IMG/VR virus record: IMGVR_UViG_3300020159_001814 | Location: 1-64,000 of that record | Source of the DNA: a virus | Length of the DNA: 64,000 nucleotides | Direction: 5' to 3' (one strand) | In this document: in pieces, positions 24,938 through 34,648 of the stretch | How positions within the stretch are numbered: position 1 is the stretch's first letter | Layout of the letters: each line of letters begins with the position of its first letter | Made by a program: the position numbers and the translations under genes | The notes under the pieces: generated by a model | What the model was told of the DNA's origin: nothing | Seen by the model: the letters and a program-made list of their open reading frames with translations, nothing else | Databases searched by the model: none

Positions 24938-26030
24938 TTCTATTTGTGTATGTCAGACGTTTAGGTTGTTCTTCAGTAGATTCCACTATGTTATCTTCTT
25001 TTTTTTCTAAAATATCATAGTCTTTGTTTTCAAAATAATCTTCAACAGGTAAAAATTCTTTTTTTACGGGTACTTCCACTATTTTTTCAACTATTTTTTC
25101 TACAGGTACTTCCACTATTTTTTCAATAATAATGGGGTCTACTTGGTCGGTACTTGGTCGGTTGTTAGTCGGTACTTGATCGGTAACTTGGGGGGTAACT
25201 TGGGGGGTAACTTGGGGGGTATCGTCTTCTTTTCGTCTTGATTTAAAAGCTTGGTTTGTGGCAATAACTAACGTGATGGCTAATGGGTCAAACACAAAGA
25301 TTAAAATTAGAATGAACAGGTTCGCAGTTCTTTTAATATCCCAATCAAGTAATTCACTAACATATTTTAAAGCTCCTAACTCACTTCCTGATATTTCTTC
25401 TGACTCCATATTTAAAATATCAACATCTAGTTTAGTTATACTATCATTCATATTATCTATTCTTTTAGCTATAGTATCTCTTCTTACTTGTGCTTGTGAT
25501 AGTTGTGTTTCAAATGTTTTTCTATTTGCGTTATTAGCCCTTGTTACAACTTGACCCGTTCGTTTATCTACGGACTGAGTTGTTGTATTATTAGATAATC
25601 CATCCCTTAGTTTGGTAATGTCTCCATCTAATGTGTTTTTTTCCTTAGTTAATTCATCTTTGACTTCTTCAAACCTTTTCTTTTTAACTTCAATGTTTTT
25701 AACTTGTTTTTCGTTTATTTCAAGTTTCGCTATATTCCCTTGGAATCCTGTACTTAGTAATCCGTATATCCCTAACGATGTGATCAGTGATAAAATCACA
25801 AGTGCGGTTGTTAAATATATCTTTAAAACCCCGTAAGTTTGTTTCCATTTGTCGTGTAGGTATGTTGCAATTGCAATTTTAGAAATTTCAAGGAAAGACC
25901 CCATTATAATAACTGGGATTGCAACACCAACAAAGACAATAGAAAGTCCAACAACGGAATAATATGCTGCAGTTCCTGATAGTCCCAACGCACAAATTAA
26001 CATAAACCACGGTAAAAATTTTTCTTTCAT
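24906..26030 (-). CDS. multi-TM coiled-coil membrane protein with PQVT and VEKIVEVP repeats
   Basis: 3 N-terminal TMs, long coiled coil, FVFDPLA TM. Confidence 0.8.
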   Translation of the reverse strand: MKEKFLPWFMLICALGLSGTAAYYSVVGLSIVFVGVAIPVIIMGSFLEISKIAIATYLHDKWKQTYGVLKIYLTTALVILSLITSLGIYGLLSTGFQGNIAKLEINEKQVKNIEVKKKRFEEVKDELTKEKNTLDGDITKLRDGLSNNTTTQSVDKRTGQVVTRANNANRKTFETQLSQAQVRRDTIAKRIDNMNDSITKLDVDILNMESEEISGSELGALKYVSELLDWDIKRTANLFILILIFVFDPLAITLVIATNQAFKSRRKEDDTPQVTPQVTPQVTDQVPTNNRPSTDQVDPIIIEKIVEVPVEKIVEKIVEVPVKKEFLPVEDYFENKDYDILEKKEDNIVESTEEQPKRLTYTNRNGGSLRIDRF

Positions 26031-26076
26031 ATTATTAAACTATAATTAATAAATACTTATAATAAAGATTAACATT

Positions 26077-26526
26077 ATGTCATTACTTAGAGAGTCAATA
26101 AGAAAGCACTTATTAGTTGAAAAAACTATCGCTCAAATTATTTCAAATATAGAAGTTTCATTCAATCTTGAAATTGATCGCAGTTTTCATGCTTTCGATA
26201 GAAAAAAAAGAAGCGACTTAGAAGGTAAGGGATTTGAATTAAGTGGTAAACACAGTTATGAATATAACCAAAGAGAAATAAGTAATCCTGAAATAAAAGA
26301 AGTCATTAATTTATCAAAAAAAGAAATTGCGGAAAAAATTGTATCAAGAGAAATCAACGATGAAGTTCCGTTTATTATAAAGTCTTTGAAGTGGGAAGTG
26401 GCAATTACTATAATACCAATGTTTCAGGGTGGAACGTATTGGATATTAAAAGTTAAGACAGTATTTAGGGAATCATTAGATAACCCTTTTAGGGTTGGTA
26501 AAGAACAATTAGTTATTTGGGTATAA
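26077..26526 (+). CDS. hypothetical protein with LRESIRKHLLVE leader
   Basis: ORF track. Confidence 0.7.
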   Translation: MSLLRESIRKHLLVEKTIAQIISNIEVSFNLEIDRSFHAFDRKKRSDLEGKGFELSGKHSYEYNQREISNPEIKEVINLSKKEIAEKIVSREINDEVPFIIKSLKWEVAITIIPMFQGGTYWILKVKTVFRESLDNPFRVGKEQLVIWV

Positions 26527-26557
26527 ATAAAAAATCCCACCGGTACCAGTGGGATTT
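26526..26557. terminator. intrinsic terminator, likely serving the minus-strand sRNA (possibly bidirectional)
   Basis: AAATCCCAC-8nt-GTGGGATTT, T run on minus strand. Confidence 0.7.
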
Positions 26558-26665
26558 CGTAGTTTCATCTTACCATATAGATAAGATTGAGGAATTTCAC
26601 CCTGAGAACCTCGTGTCTCATTCCGCCGAGTTGTAAGGGTAATCTCGGTTCAACCCTTTTTGTTT
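26530..26665 (-). ncRNA. candidate small RNA with two tandem pseudoknots
   Basis: Promoter TATCTTTG at 26672-79; AAGGGT/ACCCTT with CCGAG/CTCGG; TGAGA/TCTCA with GAGG/CCTC; terminator. Confidence 0.55.
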
Positions 26666-26691
26666 GTCTTACAAAGATATATCTTTTTTTA

Positions 26692-26979
26692 TTACAAACC
26701 TAACATTTCACCGACTTTTTTGAAATGTTTTTCAATTTTGTTCAAAGCTGCTGTTGCTTTTTGTTTGGTATTGAAATATGCGTAGAATTGACAGGATTCA
26801 GAATCAAATTCGGCAGTTATCTTTAATGTTTTTTCAACAAAACTTTCAAATTCATATGCGTCTTCCCATTTACGAATTGTGTTTTTATTGGGGAAACCTG
26901 TTAATGTCCATTGAGCCCCTTCCCAATTACCTTTAGTGATTGTTAATCCTACATTATAGATTGTTTCTGTGTTTGTCAT
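26692..26979 (-). CDS. hypothetical protein
   Basis: ORF track; TATATTTG box at 27000-27007. Confidence 0.7.
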   Translation of the reverse strand: MTNTETIYNVGLTITKGNWEGAQWTLTGFPNKNTIRKWEDAYEFESFVEKTLKITAEFDSESCQFYAYFNTKQKATAALNKIEKHFKKVGEMLGL

Positions 26980-27035
26980 AGTTTTTTAGTTTTGTTTTAC
27001 AAATATATGACGTTTATATCAATCTACCAAATTTA

Positions 27036-27854
27036 TTACCCTAAATATTCAAATAAATCTGAACATTCGTTTCTTAACTTACGTAAAGCTTTTTCTTTAA
27101 TTTGTCTTACACGTTCTTTGGTTAATGAAAAATCAGTTCCAATATCTTCTAGTGTTCTTGGTGTGCCTGTAATCCCGTAATAGTCTTCAACAATTACCCT
27201 TTCTCTTTCGTCAAGTACACACATTATTTTCATCATTTTTTCTTTTAGTGCGTCTTTTGTTGAAAATATTTCGTCGGGAGCAACTACGTTATCATTTTTA
27301 ATAATATCAACTAGTGTGTCACCGTCTTCGTTTATATGCATATCCAAATCAATCATTCTTGGTAGGTTTGCAAACTTATCAGATAATTCTTTATTTGTTT
27401 TTTCGTTTTCACGTTTTTCTTTTTGCATGTCTTGTACGACATTTACCGGAAGTCTGATGGTACGTGAATTTTCGTTAAGTGATTGTAAAATTGATTGTTT
27501 AATCCACCAAACAGCGTAAGATATAAATCTATTATTTTTAGTCCAATCAAAATTATTAATCGCTTTCATTAAACCAAAGTTACCTTCAGCAATTAAGTCA
27601 GACAAATCAATCCCTTGATTTTGGTATTGTTTTGCTACTGTAATAACAAAACGTAGATTACCTTCTAACATTTCTTTTTGGATCTGTTTCTTTTCTCTTT
27701 CGGTACAATCTTTAGAACAAATACGTTCAGATAGTATTTTTTCTCTTTCAGGTGTCATCACCTTTAATTTTCTAATATCTTTCAAATAAATTTGAATTTC
27801 ATCCTGATTTAAAGGGTTTGTTGATTTTACTTCTTCCATTTTACTTCTTTCCAT
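27036..27854 (-). CDS. RNA polymerase sigma-70 (RpoD-type) factor lacking region 1.1
   Basis: NLRFVITVAKQY, DLIAEGNFGL, RFISYAVWWIKQSI, RTIRLP, TKERVRQIKEKAL. Confidence 0.95.
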   Translation of the reverse strand: MERSKMEEVKSTNPLNQDEIQIYLKDIRKLKVMTPEREKILSERICSKDCTEREKKQIQKEMLEGNLRFVITVAKQYQNQGIDLSDLIAEGNFGLMKAINNFDWTKNNRFISYAVWWIKQSILQSLNENSRTIRLPVNVVQDMQKEKRENEKTNKELSDKFANLPRMIDLDMHINEDGDTLVDIIKNDNVVAPDEIFSTKDALKEKMMKIMCVLDERERVIVEDYYGITGTPRTLEDIGTDFSLTKERVRQIKEKALRKLRNECSDLFEYLG

Positions 27855-28467
27855 AATTTTCTAAAATTTGTTTTTCTCTTTCTGTTAATGATTCTATTCC
27901 TGTTTCTGTTATCTTATCTAATATATCGTCTATACTTGGGTCTTTTACTATTTCGTCTTCGTTCGTTTTAAAGAAATTTGGGTCCATGATTGGGAACATC
28001 ATGTGGTAAATATCCATTTCTTTTTTTGTTGGTTTGAATTTAATTTCTGTCGGTTCACCTATTTCAATACTTCCATTTTTATTTTGTGGTTTTTCATCAT
28101 CAATATTAAGGAAATCTTTCTTTAGTGGTCTATCCATTTTTACATCAAAATTCGTACCTACTTCAACAAGATAATATTGTTCAGTAATTTCATTTAATGA
28201 CATGTCAATATATTCTTTTAAATCATTAAATGTTTCTTTTGTTCTAAAATGACAAACCATACCAAATTCACCGTAGTTAAATTTAATGAATTTTGAGCTA
28301 ACTATGGCAATTAATTGGTAATTAATTTCATTTACAAGATTTTCGTCGTCTGAAAAATCACCGAATAAAAATAACATATATCGTTTATCTTTAATCGCCA
28401 TATTCTTAGTCTTCTTTTTCATAAATAGTTTAGATATTAATTTACAAATATAATATTTTTTAAACAT
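27841..28467 (-). CDS. hypothetical protein with C-terminal DUF6576-like helix
   Basis: IDDILDKITETGIESLTEREKQIL. Confidence 0.65.
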   Translation of the reverse strand: MFKKYYICKLISKLFMKKKTKNMAIKDKRYMLFLFGDFSDDENLVNEINYQLIAIVSSKFIKFNYGEFGMVCHFRTKETFNDLKEYIDMSLNEITEQYYLVEVGTNFDVKMDRPLKKDFLNIDDEKPQNKNGSIEIGEPTEIKFKPTKKEMDIYHMMFPIMDPNFFKTNEDEIVKDPSIDDILDKITETGIESLTEREKQILENYGKK

Positions 28468-28472
28468 AAAAA

Positions 28473-29324
28473 TTAAATTCCAAATTCTTTTAATACTAAA
28501 TTTTTAAAATTTTCGTCACCAAGTTGTACTTTTTGTGATTTTTTGAATAACTTTTCTATTTTTTCAGTATCCATAAATTCAGCAGAAAGACTTTCATATG
28601 TCCCGTTAGTATAGTCTTGAAATTTTTTTAGGTAATTTGGTTTTGTTGATGTTACTATCGATTTTATTTTATTAAAAACTTTTTTAGTGTTGTTCATTCT
28701 TTCTAAACCTTTCAATACTTCGGTTGATTCTTCAACTTCAACTTGTACTATTGGGTTACCGTTTTGATACGCAACAAAATCAACCCAATAAAAAGTGTCT
28801 TTACTTGTTAAATTTAATAGATTTGTTTCGTGTGATTCTATGATAGTTTTGTTATCATATTTAGTTTTATTACGGTCTCCGCTTGAGTCATTTTTTGGTA
28901 CCCATACATCACAACCGATTTTTGTAAATATACTACATAACTGATACTGTATGTTTACATGTTTTCTTGTTTCATTTTTGTTAGTTTTTTCTATCAATTC
29001 TTCTGAATTGTTTTTCAAAGCCAACTCATATATTTGATTATTATCAGTATAAAAATAATCAACACCTTCATACTCAAAAGAATGTAATTCTTTTATGCTT
29101 CGGCCTTCTTCATTTTTACAAACTTGTGAAATTTTACTTCTTGTTGTTCCAAAAGCACTTCTCCAATCGTTACCATTAAAAAGGTGTGGTTCATTTTCAA
29201 ACTTAGTTTTAATCATTTTATAGATCATACCTTTTGTTGGAAAAACACCTTTATTTTTAATTGTCCACAACACAAATAACGGTATAGATTCTTTTATTGT
29301 TTGTGATGCGCTTGGTAATTTCAT
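28473..29324 (-). CDS. putative PD-(D/E)xK endonuclease (restriction-like)
   Basis: HVNIQ...G.DVW...VDFVAY...VEVEES; adjacent to MTase. Confidence 0.55.
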   Translation of the reverse strand: MKLPSASQTIKESIPLFVLWTIKNKGVFPTKGMIYKMIKTKFENEPHLFNGNDWRSAFGTTRSKISQVCKNEEGRSIKELHSFEYEGVDYFYTDNNQIYELALKNNSEELIEKTNKNETRKHVNIQYQLCSIFTKIGCDVWVPKNDSSGDRNKTKYDNKTIIESHETNLLNLTSKDTFYWVDFVAYQNGNPIVQVEVEESTEVLKGLERMNNTKKVFNKIKSIVTSTKPNYLKKFQDYTNGTYESLSAEFMDTEKIEKLFKKSQKVQLGDENFKNLVLKEFGI

Positions 29325-29370
29325 TTTATTTTTAGTTTTAAATATGTTTTACAAATATAAAGACTTTTTT

Positions 29371-30048
29371 TTAAACGGTTACTATGTTTTGATAAAAAAT
29401 CACTTCTTTTGTTTTGTGTTTCTGTCCTTGTATTTCAACTAATGGTTTAAAGTCCATCCATGTCGCTTCTGAATTTTCACAAACAATTGTTTCACCATTA
29501 CGTTCTAAACACCAATCTTTTAAGTTTTCATAATCAAAACCCTTATTACCGTGTTTATAGTACTTGCCCCCATTTCCTTGGTATGGCGGGTCTATAAACC
29601 AAGTCGCATCTATATTTTCTATTTGTTGATAATCTCCGTTAATTATTGTCCAATGTTTAACTTTATTAACATCGTTAGATAATTTTAATCTATTCTTTTC
29701 ATTCCACCCACAAAATTTACCAGGTGACTTTTTTGGTTGTGAAGAACCAGGATTTAAAAAAAACCCAATCAAGGATTTTTGATTGTCGGTTAGGTAATTA
29801 AATTGTTCGTCATTTAAAGATTGTCCCTTTACCAATAAAGGTAGTGAAAGTATTTCATCAGAACTAACTTCAATTAGGTATGACCAAAGATCTGCAATTC
29901 TTTTATCTTTTTCAATTAATATAACATCCCTATCATAATAATTCATTGAATATGCTGCCGACCCGGCAAATGGTTCAATTATTGTCCCATACTTAGGTTT
30001 AGGATAATAACTAAAAATCTTTTCTTTTCTTCCGTAATAATAAAACAT
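29371..30048 (-). CDS. DNA amino-methyltransferase (D12-like)
   Basis: YYGRK, EPFAGSA, FIDPPY. Confidence 0.85.
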   Translation of the reverse strand: MFYYYGRKEKIFSYYPKPKYGTIIEPFAGSAAYSMNYYDRDVILIEKDKRIADLWSYLIEVSSDEILSLPLLVKGQSLNDEQFNYLTDNQKSLIGFFLNPGSSQPKKSPGKFCGWNEKNRLKLSNDVNKVKHWTIINGDYQQIENIDATWFIDPPYQGNGGKYYKHGNKGFDYENLKDWCLERNGETIVCENSEATWMDFKPLVEIQGQKHKTKEVIFYQNIVTV

Positions 30049-30082
30049 ACCTAATTATAAATTATTTTTATACTAATATCAA

Positions 30083-32491
30083 TTATTGGTAAACTTTTGA
30101 TATGTTATCTTCTTTTTTAATTTTAACAACACTGTCAGCCCATTGATTCACCATTGGGTTATGGGTTATAAGGAAAATCTTTTCAAAATATTCTTTTATT
30201 TTTACAAAAAATTCTGAAACCATTTCCAAGTTTTCATTTGAAATCTTACCGAAAACCTCATCGAAAACAATTACGTTTGGTTTAGGTAATGAACATATTT
30301 TACTTAGTACCGACCTTAAAGCTAAAGAAGCTATTGTTCTTTCGTAACCAGATCCTGATGACATTAGTTTTTCAATACCTGTTCCATTATCTATCATTAA
30401 GAATTCGACTTCATTCTTATCAGATATTCTAATTTCTAACTTGAAGTAAGAACTATCTTCCATTAATCTTTGAAGTTCTGAATTAATCAATGGCATCATT
30501 GTCTTCATTATAATTTTAGATATACCATTTTTACCGTAAGCCTCCAAATACATTTTATGTATTTTTTCTTTTTCTTGTTCTTCGGCAATTTTTATAATGT
30601 TATTTAAGTTTGTTTTAATTTTTTCTTCTAAAGATTTAACTGAATAATCATCACTATTAATTTGTGTTTGTTTTTGTGTCTTTTGTCTTTCTAAATCTTC
30701 AATTCTTAAATTAGCCTTAATTAACATACTATCTATATGTTCATTTTCTTTTATCTTATCAAGCATCTTATCGTATTCAGTAAGTTTTGTCTGAAGTCCT
30801 TGTATTTTTAACTGATAGTTTTCAATTGTCGCATCGTACTTTTCTTTAATAAGTTTGTTTTTTTCATATTCATCAAAATCCTTTTTCAACCTGACAAACG
30901 TTTGTTCTATGCCTGATAAAACCTGCATTGTGGTCCAAACATTGTCTTTTTGCATGATATAACCATCAAGTTCAGATATTTTTTGTTGTGTAATACTAGC
31001 ATTCATTAAATTGATCCCACAATGTTCACATTTGATTCCACCCTCAACAGAACTCTTTAGTTTCTCAACTTCTTCTATTTTTGTTTCAATCTGAATTAAC
31101 TCTTTATTAAGTCTTGAATATTCTTCTTTAGTTTTATCGTGTTCATCCTCTTTGTAGTATTCTTTTGGTTCAACTACTTTAAGTTCATTAAGTTTTAATT
31201 TTGTTTGTTCAATCTGATACTCGTGTCCTTCAATATCTTGTTTAACCTGGCTTGGGTTTAATCTACTTAACTCAACGTCAATATCTGTGTGTTTTTTAGA
31301 AATCATGTCGTCGCGATAATCCCTACCTTTTGTTAGATTTGTATCAATATTTACCAATTCAAGTCCATATGATTCAATATTAGACTTTAACTCGGTAATT
31401 TTTGTTTCGTTGTTTTCGTTATCTGTTTTTAATTGTTCGGTATTGTAAATGTTAGATAACATTGATTTTGAAAAGTCGGAATATATTAATTTTGCGGCTT
31501 CTTCTTTTCTTTTTAAAAACTCTAACCCCATAAAACGAGTTAGTACCTGTCCTCTAGCAGTTGGTTTTGCGTCAATCAATTCTTCAAGATTTGTTGCCGT
31601 TGTAAGTATGGTCATTAGGAAATCATCTTTAGTTCCAATAGATTCTTTAATGAATTTTTCAGTTTCCCTTCTTTGTTCACCAGTAAAGTTTTGTAAAGTC
31701 CCATCAGCCAATTTTTTAAAAAAGTCTAATTCCGTTTTAACATTCCATTCACCTTTTTTAGACATTTTTCTTTCTATATTCCTAACGATAATATATTCTT
31801 CACCGTCGATAACAATTTCACCTTTTACAGTAACTTTATCTTTATCTGTAAACCGGTTAAAAATTTCTTCAGCTTTAGTTGTTTTTGTTGTTTCATTAAA
31901 GAATAAAAACAATAGTAAATCAACAGATAATACTGTCTTACCACCAAAATTTGGCGGGTTAGATTCAATAACAGTCAAACCATTACATTTTTCAAAATCT
32001 ATTTTTTGGTTTTCTCCGTAAGATAAAAAGTTAGAAAATTCAATGTTTTTTATATACCATTTTTTAAAAACAGTCGTTTCTGTTTCATTTTCTTGCATTT
32101 TATTTTCAACCATTTTATTATGTGATAAAATAGTATCTAAATAGTTTTCATATCCTTTACTTACCAAGTATTGTTTTAATAAATCGACTTGGTAGTTGGT
32201 ATCCATAATGTTTACCGATACGTCAACAGTTTGTTCCGTTTCTTCCTGTGTTGTTTTTACTTTGGTAATAACATTAACATTGGTTGTGTTATATTTTTTT
32301 TGGAAGTAGTGTTTTACACTTTTAATTCTGTCTTGTGTAAAATTCTCATTAATATCTTCCCAAACAACTTGGATGTACGGGTTTTCAAACTTAGTAAAGT
32401 TTATTTCTTTTGTCATGTTTGTATAATTAAATGGTTTACTCTCCTCGAACAGATTCAGTTGATTCTTGTCCTTCCTGTGATTTTTCTTCAT
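30083..32491 (-). CDS. SbcC/Rad50/gp46-like recombination ATPase
   Basis: NFLSYG, NFGGKT Walker A, coiled coil with CEHC hook, SGYE signature, VFDEVFG, LITH. Confidence 0.92.
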   Translation of the reverse strand: MKKNHRKDKNQLNLFEESKPFNYTNMTKEINFTKFENPYIQVVWEDINENFTQDRIKSVKHYFQKKYNTTNVNVITKVKTTQEETEQTVDVSVNIMDTNYQVDLLKQYLVSKGYENYLDTILSHNKMVENKMQENETETTVFKKWYIKNIEFSNFLSYGENQKIDFEKCNGLTVIESNPPNFGGKTVLSVDLLLFLFFNETTKTTKAEEIFNRFTDKDKVTVKGEIVIDGEEYIIVRNIERKMSKKGEWNVKTELDFFKKLADGTLQNFTGEQRRETEKFIKESIGTKDDFLMTILTTATNLEELIDAKPTARGQVLTRFMGLEFLKRKEEAAKLIYSDFSKSMLSNIYNTEQLKTDNENNETKITELKSNIESYGLELVNIDTNLTKGRDYRDDMISKKHTDIDVELSRLNPSQVKQDIEGHEYQIEQTKLKLNELKVVEPKEYYKEDEHDKTKEEYSRLNKELIQIETKIEEVEKLKSSVEGGIKCEHCGINLMNASITQQKISELDGYIMQKDNVWTTMQVLSGIEQTFVRLKKDFDEYEKNKLIKEKYDATIENYQLKIQGLQTKLTEYDKMLDKIKENEHIDSMLIKANLRIEDLERQKTQKQTQINSDDYSVKSLEEKIKTNLNNIIKIAEEQEKEKIHKMYLEAYGKNGISKIIMKTMMPLINSELQRLMEDSSYFKLEIRISDKNEVEFLMIDNGTGIEKLMSSGSGYERTIASLALRSVLSKICSLPKPNVIVFDEVFGKISNENLEMVSEFFVKIKEYFEKIFLITHNPMVNQWADSVVKIKKEDNISKVYQ

Positions 32492-32795
32492 CTAAGTTTA
32501 TGTCTAATATATTTGCAATATTATTAATGTTTGACTGAATACCATCAACATCTATATTGTCTTCGTTACTTAATTTTCCTTCTAAAATATTAAGTTCATC
32601 AATAACGTTATCAAGTTTATCTTCACCATCTAAAAGTCCTGTTTCACCAGACATTGCTTCGAATTTTTGTTTCATAGCATCCATTTGTTCTTGGAATGCT
32701 TCTTGCCAAACTTTTTGCATTCTTTTTTCTTGTACTTTCAAGTTAGCGTTTCTTTTCGCCACTTTTGCTCTATGAGCCTTTGCCGCTTTTCCCAT
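32436..32795 (-). CDS. hypothetical protein
   Basis: ORF track. Confidence 0.65.
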   Translation of the reverse strand: MGKAAKAHRAKVAKRNANLKVQEKRMQKVWQEAFQEQMDAMKQKFEAMSGETGLLDGEDKLDNVIDELNILEGKLSNEDNIDVDGIQSNINNIANILDINLDEEKSQEGQESTESVRGE

Positions 32796-32852
32796 TATTA
32801 GTTATTATTAGTTATTATTAGTTATTATTAGTTATTATTAGTTATTATTAGT
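32795..32852. repeat. 10-bp tandem repeat (GTTATTATTA)x5 plus partials
   Basis: Directly visible at 32801-32850. Confidence 0.95.
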
Positions 32853-33206
32853 CGGTCTATTTTCTTCAAACCATTCTATGATCGCATTTATTCCCCACAC
32901 AAATCCTGCGGACAACATACCATCAAAAAATACAGATAAAAATTTATTAAGTCCAATAATATCTGTATTAGGTGAAAAATACACCAAAGAAAGGAAGAAT
33001 CCTACCCATGTTGATGTGCACAATACACAAGATATTAACCCTGACAAAAAGTTACCTATCCCATTGAATATGGCAAGTTCGTTGTTCCCCCAATTATGGA
33101 TTCTATTTCTTAATCCGTTGAAAATTGATCCGTAGACCAAAATGTTTGTCATTCCGTAGGCAACTATGGCCCAAATTAGTAAATTCATATTATCTATATA
33201 AGTCAT
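32838..33206 (-). CDS. membrane protein, DUF1360-like
   Basis: LISCVLCTSTWVG motif, TM helices. Confidence 0.65.
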   Translation of the reverse strand: MTYIDNMNLLIWAIVAYGMTNILVYGSIFNGLRNRIHNWGNNELAIFNGIGNFLSGLISCVLCTSTWVGFFLSLVYFSPNTDIIGLNKFLSVFFDGMLSAGFVWGINAIIEWFEENRPTNNN

Positions 33207-33894
33207 CGTTTAGGTTAGAACTTCCGTGAAACTTGGCGGGAATATTGCCAAGTTGTTTTGGTTGTTCTAACAATTTTTTATTTAATTCTTCATTTTTATT
33301 TTTCAATTCTCTTATTTCCGTGTTGAGGTTTTGTATGGTGTCTTGTAATAGTTTCATTTTATTTTCATCTAACTTTATATCTAAATTACGTCTAACTTCG
33401 TCTAACTCTTTATCCTTATTAGATATTTCATAATGGAAATTATTTTCCATTTCTTCTGTTTTAGTGGAAAAAATTTTCCTTTCTGATTCTATTTGTTCAT
33501 TTAAGTGGAAAATATTTTGCTCCAACTGTTCGATTTTTCCGATTAGTTCGTTTTCACCACTTTTGTCACTAATATATTCTACTTTTGTGACAACTTTTTC
33601 TACTGGAACTTCCTTAATTACTTCTACCTCCTTGATAATCTCGACAGGTACTTCCACCCGTATTTCACGGATTACCTCAATTTCTACCTGTTTTTCACCA
33701 ACAATACCCGTTTTTAAGTGTTTTTCACCTTCATTAAGTGTTTTTCCTAAAAGTCCGTATTTCTCTATATTAAATCCAGTATCAAAACATTTTTTAATAA
33801 ACCCATCAATATCTTCAATACCGTTTAGTTTACAATATTCAGATACTGATTTCAATATGGTTTTATTAAATATTTCTGAGTACTTCAGTTCCAT
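33190..33894 (-). CDS. coiled-coil protein with EVIKEVPVE repeats
   Basis: ORF track. Confidence 0.75.
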   Translation of the reverse strand: MELKYSEIFNKTILKSVSEYCKLNGIEDIDGFIKKCFDTGFNIEKYGLLGKTLNEGEKHLKTGIVGEKQVEIEVIREIRVEVPVEIIKEVEVIKEVPVEKVVTKVEYISDKSGENELIGKIEQLEQNIFHLNEQIESERKIFSTKTEEMENNFHYEISNKDKELDEVRRNLDIKLDENKMKLLQDTIQNLNTEIRELKNKNEELNKKLLEQPKQLGNIPAKFHGSSNLNDDLYR

Positions 33895-34648
33895 TTTCTA
33901 TATCTTCAAAAGACTTAATCGAAAACTTTAAAAACGGTTTTGGGTTTTCAAGATCCGTATATGTATATTCTTTAGTTCCGAAATCATAAGTTCCGAAACC
34001 GTGGTTTCTGATGCTTTCACCGATGTTCTGTTGGATTGGTGATCCGATCATATACCCTTTCCCTGTTTTAAACTTAAATTCTTGTCTTTTGTGAATATCG
34101 CCACATAACACAATATCTAATCCATCAAACTTTTCTGTATCATAAGCATGGTCACCAAAATCATAACCTAAGTCTGTCGTCATTCCTTGTATTGGTCCAT
34201 GAAACAACCCTACTTTTATACCCTTTGCTTCTGAAATGTCAGGTGGAATATTTCCTTGATACTGCGAATACACACACCAACTAACATTATCGTCTTCATA
34301 AACACCTCTGTCTTTGTAATAGACAATGTTTTTGTTATTTAATGAGTCGATAATCGGAGATAAAGCGTCTAACCTATCAATATTATTCACTAAAAAGTCA
34401 TGATTACCAGGTATAATGATTGTTTTTGTAATATTTGCACATTCAGTTAATATCCAAGCAACAAACTCAATAAGTTCTGGTGTCATCTGATTTTTAGAGT
34501 GAACTAAATCACCGGTAAAGACAATACGGTCGGGTTTTATTTCTTCCCATTTGTTAATTGCGTCCTCCAAAATCTTTCGGTATTGGTCGTGATCTTTAAA
34601 TAATTTTACATGAAGATCAGAAAAGTGTACTAGTTTTTTTATCACCAT
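33866..34648 (-). CDS. SbcD/Mre11/gp47-like metallophosphoesterase nuclease
   Basis: SDLH, GDLVH, PGNHD, FHG, GDIH, GSPIQQ. Confidence 0.9.
   Translation of the reverse strand: MVIKKLVHFSDLHVKLFKDHDQYRKILEDAINKWEEIKPDRIVFTGDLVHSKNQMTPELIEFVAWILTECANITKTIIIPGNHDFLVNNIDRLDALSPIIDSLNNKNIVYYKDRGVYEDDNVSWCVYSQYQGNIPPDISEAKGIKVGLFHGPIQGMTTDLGYDFGDHAYDTEKFDGLDIVLCGDIHKRQEFKFKTGKGYMIGSPIQQNIGESIRNHGFGTYDFGTKEYTYTDLENPKPFLKFSIKSFEDIENGTEVLRNI

Noticed and set aside
31449-32021. 190-aa plus-strand ORF
   Set aside because: Antisense to the SbcC-like ATPase domain
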